Shown here: positions 51,095 to 59,861 of the stretch, piece after piece
Layout: every line of letters starts with the position of its first letter
How positions within the stretch are numbered: position 1 is the first letter of the stretch
IMG/VR virus record: IMGVR_UViG_3300020185_000037
Location: 1-64,000 of that record
Source of the DNA: an uncultured virus (IMG/VR IMGVR_UViG_3300020185_000037)
Lineage: Duplodnaviria; Heunggongvirae; Uroviricota; Caudoviricetes
Length of the DNA: 64,000 nt
Reading direction: 5' to 3' (one strand)
The notes under the pieces: model-generated
The model's input: only the letters and a program-made list of their open reading frames with translations
What the model was told of the DNA's origin: nothing
Database searches by the model: none
Program-made: the position numbers and the translations under genes

Positions 51095-52009
51095 TTAACT
51101 TAAGAATTCTTTCATATATTTCTGTACTGCTAACTCTTTAGCTTTAGCTTCAATTTCAACATCAAGTGAAAGGCCATGTGTTTCAATAAAATCATAAATG
51201 TAATCTGCATGAGCACGCTTGTTTGTTTGTGTAACGTCTTCGTGTATTGTTTTACAAGATGAGAAGTGTACAAGTTGTTTAGTATTGCCCCAAGTATAAG
51301 ATGCAAGACGTAGTGCTTCTTTTTGTGTTAGAATACCAGGGTGACACCAATGGTGGTGATAGTCAAATGTAATTGGAATACCAATAGCCATATGAATTTC
51401 TTCATACAAGTCTTCGACCGCATATTGCTTTTCTTTATCATCATTTTCAACAACAAGACGGGTCTTAACAGAATCATCTAGTAATTCAAAGTTAGTGCAG
51501 AATCGCTTACAAGCTTCTTCCTTACCACCTTGCGTTGTGTTGACGTGAATATTAATCGCAGCATATGGTGTACGAGGCAAACCAATAAGGTCCATGATTT
51601 CACCATGTTGATTAAGGTCTCGTATTGTTTTTGTAACTACATTTGGATTTATAGAAGCTAACACGTCAAATGGACCAGGGTGGAATGTAAGACGTTGACC
51701 ATACTTTTTAGCTAGATTACCAACACCCTTAAGTATAGTTGAAATCTTTTTATAGTCAGGTAAGTCTTTGAGTTCGTATTCAGACATCCAAGGAAACATA
51801 TCACTAGACATACGGTACAGTTTAATACCTTTCTTTTCATTCCACTTAATAATTTCAACAAGGTCACGTACATTAGCAAGTGCAAGCTCACTAGCATATT
51901 TAATACCCTTTTCGGTAAATGTACGTTTAATCATAGAGCGACCTATATAAGTATTGCTCTCTTCTTTAAGTGTCATGTTGATACAGCAGTATCCGTAATT
52001 TGTTTGCAT
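51095..52009 (-). CDS. uvsE: UV-damage endonuclease (UvsE/UVDE)
   Basis: GYCCIN, LYRMSS, RLTFHPG, NIH, RLVVENDD, FDYHHH, HAD, EAKAKE; start set at MQTNYG. Confidence 0.93.
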   Translation of the reverse strand: MQTNYGYCCINMTLKEESNTYIGRSMIKRTFTEKGIKYASELALANVRDLVEIIKWNEKKGIKLYRMSSDMFPWMSEYELKDLPDYKKISTILKGVGNLAKKYGQRLTFHPGPFDVLASINPNVVTKTIRDLNQHGEIMDLIGLPRTPYAAINIHVNTTQGGKEEACKRFCTNFELLDDSVKTRLVVENDDKEKQYAVEDLYEEIHMAIGIPITFDYHHHWCHPGILTQKEALRLASYTWGNTKQLVHFSSCKTIHEDVTQTNKRAHADYIYDFIETHGLSLDVEIEAKAKELAVQKYMKEFLS

Positions 52010-52010
52010 A

Positions 52011-52238
52011 TTATCCAATGTTATTTTCTTTTCGCATTCGTATAAATTCACGTTCGGCATCTGATGCTTCTTGTAGTGTAAGTACTTGAGTGTCTTTAAA
52101 TACCTTAGTATTAGTTACCACCCAAATCTCTTCATTGACAATTTGTAAGTCTACAATAAAGTAAACATCAGACGTGTCAATATCTACGCAATGCCGCTCG
52201 TCCTGTAATCTTTCAAGTCGATGTCTATCGAGTTGCAT
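52011..52238 (-). CDS. Hypothetical protein
   Basis: 75-aa ORF. Confidence 0.55.
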   Translation of the reverse strand: MQLDRHRLERLQDERHCVDIDTSDVYFIVDLQIVNEEIWVVTNTKVFKDTQVLTLQEASDAEREFIRMRKENNIG

Positions 52239-52675
52239 TATGACCAGTCTTTTTCATAAGTGTAATAGTAATCAGCACGTGCACAATCGGCCAATGCTTT
52301 TTCTAATACAATAATGATATCCTTAGCACTCATCATTTTAATTTGAGCGTTTATCCACATTTCAGAAAGCTCACGTTGAGCTTTATATGTCCCGCCATTT
52401 ACACCAAACTTTTTAAGAGCGTATGATAAAAGACCACTAGTAAAACGACAATACACCGTATCAATACTATTAACACGTGAACCGACCGTCCATCTATCTT
52501 CAAGCATGCCCGAGTCTTGCATTTCTTGTAAAATAGTTCGACGGTCAGTCATCATGAAATGAGTCATCATAAATGCTTTAATTTTAGCTTTATTATCATC
52601 ATTAAGAATCAAAGCGCTACCACCAATGTTACCGTTACAAGTTACCTCGCTTGCGTTAAATTTTAAATTTGTCAT
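52238..52675 (-). CDS. Hypothetical protein
   Basis: 145-aa ORF. Confidence 0.6.
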   Translation of the reverse strand: MTNLKFNASEVTCNGNIGGSALILNDDNKAKIKAFMMTHFMMTDRRTILQEMQDSGMLEDRWTVGSRVNSIDTVYCRFTSGLLSYALKKFGVNGGTYKAQRELSEMWINAQIKMMSAKDIIIVLEKALADCARADYYYTYEKDWS

Positions 52676-52676
52676 T

Positions 52677-52859
52677 TTACTTTATGTTAAGGGTTGAGTT
52701 ATTTGTTTTGAAGCCGATTGTTGGTACATAACCAATCACTTGGTTTTTACGATTTTCAATCATTTGTTTTGTCATATTAAGAGTTTCAACATCTGACTCA
52801 GTTGCAACCCAGTCGGTAAACAAATAAGTTAATAGTTTTGATTTAAGTTTCTTTTTCAT
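52677..52859 (-). CDS. Hypothetical protein
   Basis: Start set at MKKKLK, downstream of the class-1 promoter. Confidence 0.5.
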   Translation of the reverse strand: MKKKLKSKLLTYLFTDWVATESDVETLNMTKQMIENRKNQVIGYVPTIGFKTNNSTLNIK

Positions 52860-52882
52860 GTGCTTGTTTTTAATTACTATAC

Positions 52883-52917
52883 TAATATAGGCAAAATAAT
52901 CGACATTAAAAAGTTTT
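52883..52917 (-). promoter_or_regulatory. Class-1 (early-like) promoter
   Basis: AAAACTTTTTAATGTCG..TTTGCCTATATTA. Confidence 0.65.
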
Positions 52918-53130
52918 ATCAATAAAAACTTTAATATTTTTGTACTTTTTTTTGTAATACTCTATTAAACCTTCACCACCTACACCAACATCTTCAATAA
53001 TCCATCTATGTGGAATTGGTGGTTTACGTTTAGCACTATCTAATACAACATCAACGGTAATACTACTTTTGGTAAACACTGCCATTTGAGGTTGGGATCT
53101 TTTGGTTTTTCTGAATACTACAATTGTCAT
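52906..53130 (-). CDS. Hypothetical protein
   Basis: 74-aa ORF. Confidence 0.5.
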   Translation of the reverse strand: MTIVVFRKTKRSQPQMAVFTKSSITVDVVLDSAKRKPPIPHRWIIEDVGVGGEGLIEYYKKKYKNIKVFIDKTF

Positions 53131-53591
53131 TACTCTTGAATCATTTTAAATAGTTCTAAAACGCTATCCCAGTTTGGAATATCATGTGTACCAAAGTGGA
53201 TATGAGTTCCTTCAAATTCTGCGACGCCATTTTTAATACGGTCATCAACTAAGAAGTCACCTTTAAGCAAACCTTTATTATGTGATAGTATTAATCTTTT
53301 GTATGCTGAATCGCCCAAATGCTTTTCAACCCAAATACGCTTTGCTTTCCAAGATTCTGGATTATCCCAAGGTGCAGTTGATAGAATATAAACATTATGC
53401 TTGTCAGCAAGTTCACGAAATGCAGCGATTGCACCTGGTATAGGTTTTGCATCATAGAATATTTGAGGATGCATATCGATTATAGTACCAATGCCATATT
53501 TTTTAATATAATCTGGACTAAATGTTTCATTAATATATCTTTCAATATCAACAACGACCCCGTCAAGGTCAATATAAATAGTTTGTTTCAT
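53130..53591 (-). CDS. 5'(3')-deoxyribonucleotidase (HAD, NT5C family)
   Basis: IDLDGV, LSTAPW, K..W, K....GDFLVDD. Confidence 0.9.
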   Translation of the reverse strand: MKQTIYIDLDGVVVDIERYINETFSPDYIKKYGIGTIIDMHPQIFYDAKPIPGAIAAFRELADKHNVYILSTAPWDNPESWKAKRIWVEKHLGDSAYKRLILSHNKGLLKGDFLVDDRIKNGVAEFEGTHIHFGTHDIPNWDSVLELFKMIQE

Positions 53592-53599
53592 ATCTGTTA

Positions 53600-53803
53600 T
53601 TAAGTATTACTAGCTAATATAGTTATTTTTTTTGACAATAAAAAACTTTTGTCTACTTTTTTTACACCACCGCCTACAAATCTTTTTTTAATATCGTATT
53701 CTATAATCCAAGCTGAATTATCGTCTTTGTGTATTGTTGTATAAGATTGACCCTCGTGTATGAATACTTCAACACTGGTTGTACGCTTTTTCTTATGTGG
53801 CAT
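53600..53803 (-). CDS. Hypothetical protein
   Basis: 67-aa ORF. Confidence 0.45.
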   Translation of the reverse strand: MPHKKKRTTSVEVFIHEGQSYTTIHKDDNSAWIIEYDIKKRFVGGGVKKVDKSFLLSKKITILASNT

Positions 53804-53804
53804 A

Positions 53805-53999
53805 TTATTCTTGCGTTGGTTCGCGTCTATCTAATTCAAACTTAGGTTCACATTTATCACACACATAAACACCATAATAACCGCTATTAGGGTCATGTCT
53901 ATGCATCTGTATATAAACGCGATTAAGCTCTTTAAACTTGAAGCTACCTATACAACGTGCACAAACAGCATCCTTTACACTTTTACTCTTCTTTGCCAT
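53805..53999 (-). CDS. Small Zn-finger protein
   Basis: CARC...CDKC; start set at MAKKSK. Confidence 0.55.
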   Translation of the reverse strand: MAKKSKSVKDAVCARCIGSFKFKELNRVYIQMHRHDPNSGYYGVYVCDKCEPKFELDRREPTQE

Positions 54000-54134
54000 A
54001 ATCTTTTTTATGTTTATCTTTACGCGAATACTTATTGTCATCCCCATGATCTTTTTGAATCATACGACGACGAATAAGTTGACTTAAATGACGTTCACTA
54101 TAACCGTCAACTTTATTTGGTTTCTTTTTAGCCA

Positions 54135-54365
54135 TTAGTATAAGAAGTTTTCAACTTGTTCGTAAACCAAGTCGCTATCATTATTAAGTTCATCAAGTTC
54201 TCGTTCAGTGGCTTCACGCCATTTTCCGTTTTCAAGAATACTTGCGTCTGCAATATATGCATCACAAAAATCAGGATAATCACGAGTGTCGATTCCATCA
54301 ACTTCGAGGTCAGCAACTTCTAATCCATTAAGGAAAATCTGTTTGTTTACATAAGTAATAGGCAT
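54135..54365 (-). CDS. Small acidic phage protein
   Basis: GIDTRDYPDFCDAYI motif; class-1 promoter upstream. Confidence 0.65.
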   Translation of the reverse strand: MPITYVNKQIFLNGLEVADLEVDGIDTRDYPDFCDAYIADASILENGKWREATERELDELNNDSDLVYEQVENFLY

Positions 54366-54409
54366 AATATTTGTTTTTTAAAGGTTAATACTTTCATTTG
54401 ATTACTATG

Positions 54410-54459
54410 TAAATATAGGCAAAATAAACGACATAAAAAAACTTTTAGCCAATTATTTT
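54410..54459 (-). promoter_or_regulatory. Class-1 (early-like) promoter; 50-bp direct repeat with 55700-55749
   Basis: Plus strand taaatataggcaaa.....cgacataaaaaaacttttagccaattatttt. Confidence 0.75.
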
Positions 54460-54460
54460 A

Positions 54461-54493
54461 AAATAAAAAGGGGTATACTTACGCACACCCCTT
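54461..54493 (-). terminator. Rho-independent terminator
   Basis: AAGGGGT...ACCCCTT stem with T tract. Confidence 0.75.
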
Positions 54494-54517
54494 ATATTAT
54501 ATTATGATAGCACTATA

Positions 54518-55651
54518 TTAATTAAGTACTTCACCATGTTGGTATGAATTCAAACCTTTGAAAGGTGACGCAACACGATTACCTAAGTCCCATGCACGAC
54601 CTAATAAGTTTCCAGCTCTAACCATAAGGTCAGTACCTTTGTGACTTTCAAAGCCATCAACTAAGTCTTCACCATGTGACGCAAAGTGAGTCATTGAATT
54701 TACAACACTCCAAACCGATTGGTCAGATTCTGCATTCTTAAGTTCTGCGTTATTGAAATCTTTAGTATCAATACCTGCACGTGAGTATTCAAGTAGGTTT
54801 TCGTGAAGAGGTATCCACTGACCAGCTCTATCACCAGCACCTGCACTTTTAATTGCGGAAGTTGCACGATTAAGCTCATTTAAAGAAGCTGGTGTTTTAC
54901 GTGCTTTGTTTACTAATTCATTAAATTCAGCAGGTACAAAGTTGCGACGTGTGAGTCCTTGAATGTACTCGTTGAATTGAGTAAGCGATTTTTCACTTAG
55001 GTTTGTCATGTTGTACTTATCTTCAGCAAGTGAAGTAGTAAGTCCGTTAGTACACCAAAGACGATTTACATAAGGTGAAACTTGAAATCCAGTAATAGGT
55101 GAGTTCTTCATTGTAATACCCGCGGTAAATACATCTTTTTCATCACCCGCAACTGAGAATGTTGCACCTTCTTTAATAGCATTAAGAGTTACAATACCCG
55201 TAGTTGGGTCTGTCGTCCAGTTTGTAACACCAAAGTTACCGCCATTAAGAATACGTTCTGCATTCTCAACAAAGTTTGAGTTAGAAATAAGTTCTGAAGC
55301 ATCTTTTGTGAATGCAACAATTACTTTGTTAACAGGATTAAGTACCATTGTAATGTTTGGCATGCTACCCGCGTTAGAAGCCATTGCGTTTTTCATTGTA
55401 TTAATGAATTGCGCCTTAGCTTTAGGGTTGAAGAGTTTTTCAAACTTCTTAATGAATGTTTGACTCATACCCGTCATTTTCATTAGTGATTTAAAAGCCT
55501 CACTAGTAATTTTGATTTGAGAGCCATTGTAGAAGATTGTCTTCTCGTCAATAACTTCAATTTCACGAGCCGCTACTGTTCTGCGTAGTGCTTGTGCGTT
55601 TAATGTTTCCAACTTGCGCGATTGGATTGCGTTGTTTGATAATGTTACCAT
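54518..55651 (-). CDS. DUF932-like protein
   Basis: AGITMKNS...RLWCTNG; WSVVNSMTH. Confidence 0.6.
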   Translation of the reverse strand: MVTLSNNAIQSRKLETLNAQALRRTVAAREIEVIDEKTIFYNGSQIKITSEAFKSLMKMTGMSQTFIKKFEKLFNPKAKAQFINTMKNAMASNAGSMPNITMVLNPVNKVIVAFTKDASELISNSNFVENAERILNGGNFGVTNWTTDPTTGIVTLNAIKEGATFSVAGDEKDVFTAGITMKNSPITGFQVSPYVNRLWCTNGLTTSLAEDKYNMTNLSEKSLTQFNEYIQGLTRRNFVPAEFNELVNKARKTPASLNELNRATSAIKSAGAGDRAGQWIPLHENLLEYSRAGIDTKDFNNAELKNAESDQSVWSVVNSMTHFASHGEDLVDGFESHKGTDLMVRAGNLLGRAWDLGNRVASPFKGLNSYQHGEVLN

Positions 55652-55699
55652 GTTTATTAATTAAATTAAGAGAGACAGCATTGTCTCATTGTTATACTA

Positions 55700-55749
55700 T
55701 AAATATAGGCAAAGTTTACGACATAAAAAAACTTTTAGCCAATTATTTT
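55700..55749 (-). promoter_or_regulatory. Class-1 (early-like) promoter
   Basis: Near-identical to 54410-54459. Confidence 0.75.
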
Positions 55750-55765
55750 CAAATTATTTTCAAAA

Positions 55766-55788
55766 TAATAAAAGGACCCTAAGGTCCT
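55766..55788 (-). terminator. Rho-independent terminator
   Basis: AGGACC-TTAG-GGTCCT-TTT. Confidence 0.7.
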
Positions 55789-55792
55789 AATA

Positions 55793-56032
55793 TTATAACT
55801 TTGCGTTTTTAAGAATTTCATAGTAATATACACCGTCTGAATTCATGCGTTGTACATCATGCTCTAAGTCTTTAATAAACTTATCTAAGTCTCTTTGATT
55901 AATCGACTTTTCTGCTTTTGTAAAAAATGCATCCATTGTATTTTGACCATCTGTACTTAAACGGTCATACGTCGTATCTAGTCCTTCTAGTGCGTCGATT
56001 AAGTCTGCGTCTGAAATCTTTTTCTTTGCCAT
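55793..56032 (-). CDS. Small protein with internal repeat
   Basis: RLSTDG and RMNSDG half-repeats. Confidence 0.6.
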   Translation of the reverse strand: MAKKKISDADLIDALEGLDTTYDRLSTDGQNTMDAFFTKAEKSINQRDLDKFIKDLEHDVQRMNSDGVYYYEILKNAKL

Positions 56033-56078
56033 TGTCTTTTGATTTATTTTAATTATATATTCTCAACTAATTACTATG

Positions 56079-56114
56079 TAAATATAGGCAATTAATTTGA
56101 CATAAAAAAGTTTT
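56079..56114 (-). promoter_or_regulatory. Class-1 (early-like) promoter
   Basis: Plus strand taaatataggcaattaatttgacataaaaaagtttt. Confidence 0.65.
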
Positions 56115-56535
56115 CGGCTAAATTCTTTTCAAGTTTTTTTGCCTCAGCCTCCCATGGCCTATCATAATAATCTAAAGTAGCTAATCGTTCTGGATTATAT
56201 ACCTCACCCTTCCAATAAAACGTTTGATTCATATAGTCATGTCTAAGGTCTCCTTTTAAAGTTTGTAACACATGAACCATCTCGTGTGAAATAACCTCAC
56301 CTAACTTATCTTCAGGACAGTCTTTGAAAATACAAATGTATTGACTCCCCATAATTTCAGCGTTGAATCCATATTTATCAGGTGATGTATGTTCCATAAA
56401 ATACACGTTAACATCACACTCAATACCAAGCGCAAACGCAACAGCAGCTGCCTTCTTGTTGATATCGGATTTGTTTCTACGTTTACCTGTAACTTTAATC
56501 ATTGTACTTGTATTTACCCGCATCGTGATGTGCAC
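56092..56535 (-). CDS. HExxH metallopeptidase-like protein
   Basis: HEMVHVLQ...Y..RPWEAEA. Confidence 0.7.
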   Translation of the reverse strand: MHITMRVNTSTMIKVTGKRRNKSDINKKAAAVAFALGIECDVNVYFMEHTSPDKYGFNAEIMGSQYICIFKDCPEDKLGEVISHEMVHVLQTLKGDLRHDYMNQTFYWKGEVYNPERLATLDYYDRPWEAEAKKLEKNLAENFFMSN

Positions 56536-56647
56536 GCATGTTACTAATAATCTTAAGAAGCTCAGATGCTTCTTTAGTATCTCCGGTTCGGACTGCTTCT
56601 TCGTAATGAAATTGCATAACCGTTAATTCCTCTGACATATTGTTTTT

Positions 56648-57538
56648 TTAAAAAAGTTCAGTTGTTGATAACTTACCCGCATTTGCGTCTGGAAGGTCTT
56701 TAAAGGCATCGCCTATGTTTGTAATAAGAACTTCAACTGTTGCATCTTCACGTTCTACACCGGTTACCCGTGAGCTCCATGCGTTGTAAGACATGTCAAT
56801 AAGATATGCGTTAAAGTTTTTTGACCACTCAATTAGATCATTATTAATAACACCCTTATGTGAAAACGTATTTGACAATATAAATTTGTAACCTTCTTTG
56901 TCTAAATTTGTAATAAATTTTAAAAGTTCAAGTTCATCGTTCTTTACCCAACCGCCGTATTGAAATTTACTCGCAATATATGGTGGGTCTAAATAAATAA
57001 TATCGTTATCCTTGTCAACTTTAGATTTGTCGATAGTGTTATACTGTGATAGTGTAACTTGAATATCTTTTTCTTTATACAATTCAACATGTAGTTTGAG
57101 TCTATCAACGTCTAATGGCTTTTCACCAAAAGATGCATTAAAACCGTTCTTACTAAATCGTATAAGTGAATTGAAAGCTATTTGAGAAAGCACATAAAGC
57201 TGGTGTACGTTTTCAGAAGTTACTCCGTTTAATAACCAGTCTTTATTGAAAGCTTCTCTGAGTGTATTGTAAGATTCTTTGTTGTGACCTGACTTGAAGT
57301 AAGTATCGTAGCAAGCTTGCATTTTATTTGGAAGCTCTGTATCTTGTAAGGCTTGGTGCATTGCAACCACAGCAGGGTCAACGTCAGTAGACATTCCACC
57401 GCCATTAGAATTATACATACAAACACCAGAACCTACAAACGGTTCATGAACCTTATTATACTTTCGTAAAACCGGTTTAAGATACGCGTTGTAGATTCTT
57501 GTTTTATTTCCGCTATATGAAAACGGTCCTTTAATCAC
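56648..57538 (-). CDS. dam: D12-class N6-adenine DNA methyltransferase
   Basis: YSGNK, EPFVGSG, FN..FG, YLDPPY, LSN, EVLITN. Confidence 0.9.
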   Translation of the reverse strand: MIKGPFSYSGNKTRIYNAYLKPVLRKYNKVHEPFVGSGVCMYNSNGGGMSTDVDPAVVAMHQALQDTELPNKMQACYDTYFKSGHNKESYNTLREAFNKDWLLNGVTSENVHQLYVLSQIAFNSLIRFSKNGFNASFGEKPLDVDRLKLHVELYKEKDIQVTLSQYNTIDKSKVDKDNDIIYLDPPYIASKFQYGGWVKNDELELLKFITNLDKEGYKFILSNTFSHKGVINNDLIEWSKNFNAYLIDMSYNAWSSRVTGVEREDATVEVLITNIGDAFKDLPDANAGKLSTTELF

Positions 57539-57843
57539 AATTCACCGGGGTTAACATTGTCGGCACCATGATTGTTATAACCGTTTTGCTTGATATAATT
57601 ATCTAGTCCACCGATATAAGCCGCAGCGTCTAATAAGTTGTCTTCTCTATAGTTGTAAGAATGTCTACTAAACTTAAGAGCAATTAGCGCAGCATACATA
57701 TCAGCACCTGTAAAATCTTTACCTGTCATTCCAGATGCAATCATTGCAGCCCGGTCCATGCCTTCTTCAAAGGGTCCATACATACGTTCTTTCTCTTCAG
57801 AACGTTGATTGATAATTTTGTTAGCTTCTTCTAATATATTCAT
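57535..57843 (-). CDS. DUF6378-like (MazG-like all-alpha NTP pyrophosphatase-like) protein
   Basis: ILEEA..II...R..YG, LK.SR, DNLLDAAAY. Confidence 0.6.
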   Translation of the reverse strand: MNILEEANKIINQRSEEKERMYGPFEEGMDRAAMIASGMTGKDFTGADMYAALIALKFSRHSYNYREDNLLDAAAYIGGLDNYIKQNGYNNHGADNVNPGEL

Positions 57844-57859
57844 GTGTTAATATTTTATT

Positions 57860-57890
57860 ATTATACGCTTATAATATATTATTGTTTCAA
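57860..57890 (-). promoter_or_regulatory. Class-2 promoter
   Basis: TTGAAAC-N18-TATAAT. Confidence 0.7.
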
Positions 57891-57893
57891 AAT

Positions 57894-57920
57894 AAAAAAC
57901 CCAAGACAAATGCCTCGGGT
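57894..57920 (-). terminator. Rho-independent terminator after clpP
   Basis: ACCCGAGGCA-TT-TGTCTTGGGT-TTTTT. Confidence 0.75.
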
Positions 57921-57946
57921 CCTTTAAAATTTAGAGTTTAGTATTT

Positions 57947-58612
57947 TTATCGTCTAATTACTTCATCAATAATTCCGTAGTCTAGTGCTTCATCAGCAGT
58001 TAACCAGAAATCTCGAGTAGCATCTTTAGCAACCTTTGCAGCAGTCTTACCACAATACTCACCTAATAAGATAAACAATTCTTTGTTAATCTTTTGCCAT
58101 TCTTTCCAATCCACTTCAGCATCTTGAATGTTTCCAGAGAACCCACCAGAAGATTGGTGTAACATAGTGCGAGAGTGTCTTAGTGATGCACGCTTTCCTT
58201 TGGTACCCGCACCTAAAAGTACAGAGCCCATAGAAGCCGCCATTCCAGTATTCACCGTGCGAATATCAGTTGTAATGTATTCCATAACGTCAACCATTGA
58301 TAGACCTGATTTAACAGAACCACCCGGTGAATCAATGTGCATCGTAATGTCATCTTTACTGGCGTTGTCTAAGAACATAAGTTGAGCTTGTACAACAGTT
58401 GACATGTTATCATTTACAGGACCCGCAACCCAAAGAATGCGATCACGCATCAATCTAGAGAAGATATCCATCTGTGTCATTCTCATTTCACGCTCTTCAA
58501 GAATGTAAGGCGTCATAGAACCTTCGATTTGCTTTTGGTAGTAGTCCATGTTTGATGAGCTGAGGTTGAAGTCGCTCATCGCGTATTTTTTAAATTCGTT
58601 TCCGTAGTTCAT
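57947..58612 (-). CDS. clpP: ATP-dependent Clp protease proteolytic subunit
   Basis: DIFSRL, IDSPGG, GMAASMG (Ser), HQ (His), RD (Asp). Confidence 0.95.
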   Translation of the reverse strand: MNYGNEFKKYAMSDFNLSSSNMDYYQKQIEGSMTPYILEEREMRMTQMDIFSRLMRDRILWVAGPVNDNMSTVVQAQLMFLDNASKDDITMHIDSPGGSVKSGLSMVDVMEYITTDIRTVNTGMAASMGSVLLGAGTKGKRASLRHSRTMLHQSSGGFSGNIQDAEVDWKEWQKINKELFILLGEYCGKTAAKVAKDATRDFWLTADEALDYGIIDEVIRR

Positions 58613-58613
58613 A

Positions 58614-58967
58614 TTATAATCCTTGTTCGGTTATTTTAATTAAGTCTTTAATTAGGGTACATGTTTCATATTCTTCTATTGTAGTAAAATATTCCATGCA
58701 TTTTGTAAGTGATTTAATAAAGCCATCAACCGGTAGGTCCATATCATACTCCATGCCGTTTTCATCTATTAAAATAGCAAGAGGTTCGTCGGCTGGTAAT
58801 TTATTCTCAATTACGTCAATTACATATGTTATAATTCTGCGATAAAATACGTCATGGTGAGTTACTAATTCTAATTCAACATCCTTGATAGTTTGAAAAT
58901 CTTCTATTTCAATTCGTGGAATATGACTATCATCTTCCCAATTGTCTGTATAAAATTCTGGTTCCAT
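58614..58967 (-). CDS. UVR-motif protein, candidate Clp adaptor
   Basis: C-terminal IEEYETCTLIKDL; directly upstream of clpP. Confidence 0.5.
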   Translation of the reverse strand: MEPEFYTDNWEDDSHIPRIEIEDFQTIKDVELELVTHHDVFYRRIITYVIDVIENKLPADEPLAILIDENGMEYDMDLPVDGFIKSLTKCMEYFTTIEEYETCTLIKDLIKITEQGL

Positions 58968-59809
58968 TACGCTAGTACGTATTTGTATAATAATTCTTTA
59001 TATTGTTCCTGTGTCGCTTCAGCTTTAACTAAAGCGTTTACTTCTTTAATGTATTCATCACCAACATGTGTTATAATACATTTACTGTTTTCTATTTTGA
59101 ATAACGGTAACTTAACTCTAACCTCTGTAGGTTCAACTTCATATCTACCTTCATCTAAAATCTTATCAGCTAATTCAAAGTGACGTTCGTAGAAGTGGAT
59201 GTTATCAGCACAATGATGATAAGTACCGAAGTCTAAGTCTACGTAATCTTTTTGCAATTCCATTAGAACATGTTGATATACGAATGAAAAGAAAGGTGCA
59301 TCAAAGGTCAATCCATAAAAGATATCATTTGAGCGCATTTGTACTTTCATATTCAGCTTATTATCACGGATAAAGAAATTAAGGTACATTGTACATACAA
59401 AATCTTTATTACCTTCAAACTGGTACTTAGGTTGATTTAAGAATGCAATTGCTTGACGTGTATTCTTATCAGCTTTAAGTGAATCAATAACCCATTGCAG
59501 TTGGTCATTGAAAATTAGTGAACCATAGTTTGAATTAATTTCGTTAGTACCTGGGTTTGTGATGTGTTTCCAGAAGCCTGAAAACTTTGAGATGTAATCA
59601 ATGTCACGGTCTTTCATTAGGTACCACGCAAGTTCACCTGCAAAGTACTTGTAATTAAATGCACGTGATTTGAAATCTGCAATTGTGAATTTAGGGTCAA
59701 ACTCTCGCTGGTCAATAGTTAACTCTCTAACCTGCATATCGCGAGGTTGAGAGAGTTGACCATCTTGTTTGATATCTTTAATAATTTTTTTGAATGTATC
59801 GTTAAACAT
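58967..59809 (-). CDS. Thymidylate-synthase-family enzyme, dCMP hydroxymethylase-like
   Basis: EINSNYG, DFVCT, MRSNDIFYGLTFD (Asp at the pyrimidine-specificity position), HFYERH. Confidence 0.75.
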   Translation of the reverse strand: MFNDTFKKIIKDIKQDGQLSQPRDMQVRELTIDQREFDPKFTIADFKSRAFNYKYFAGELAWYLMKDRDIDYISKFSGFWKHITNPGTNEINSNYGSLIFNDQLQWVIDSLKADKNTRQAIAFLNQPKYQFEGNKDFVCTMYLNFFIRDNKLNMKVQMRSNDIFYGLTFDAPFFSFVYQHVLMELQKDYVDLDFGTYHHCADNIHFYERHFELADKILDEGRYEVEPTEVRVKLPLFKIENSKCIITHVGDEYIKEVNALVKAEATQEQYKELLYKYVLA

Positions 59810-59833
59810 ATTGTGTTGTTATTATAATCACTT

Positions 59834-59861
59834 ATTATATGATTATTTTACAAAAAGTTTA
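59834..59861 (-). promoter_or_regulatory. Class-2 promoter variant
   Basis: TAAAC-N17-TATAAT. Confidence 0.55.

Noticed and set aside
52883..56114. Dispersed repeats considered as CRISPR, integron attC or IS ends
   Set aside because: They are separated by whole genes, lie directly upstream of start codons, and no integrase or transposase is nearby; promoters explain them better
8332..57426. Short alternative-frame minus-strand ORFs nested in larger genes (e.g. 8332-8571, 14334-14597, 28916-29197, 33709-33942, 54128-54316)
   Set aside because: No motifs or start context; expected by chance
58967..59809. Canonical thyA call
   Set aside because: Asp replaces the dUMP-specifying Asn, and the gp42-like INSNYG/DFxCT motifs are present
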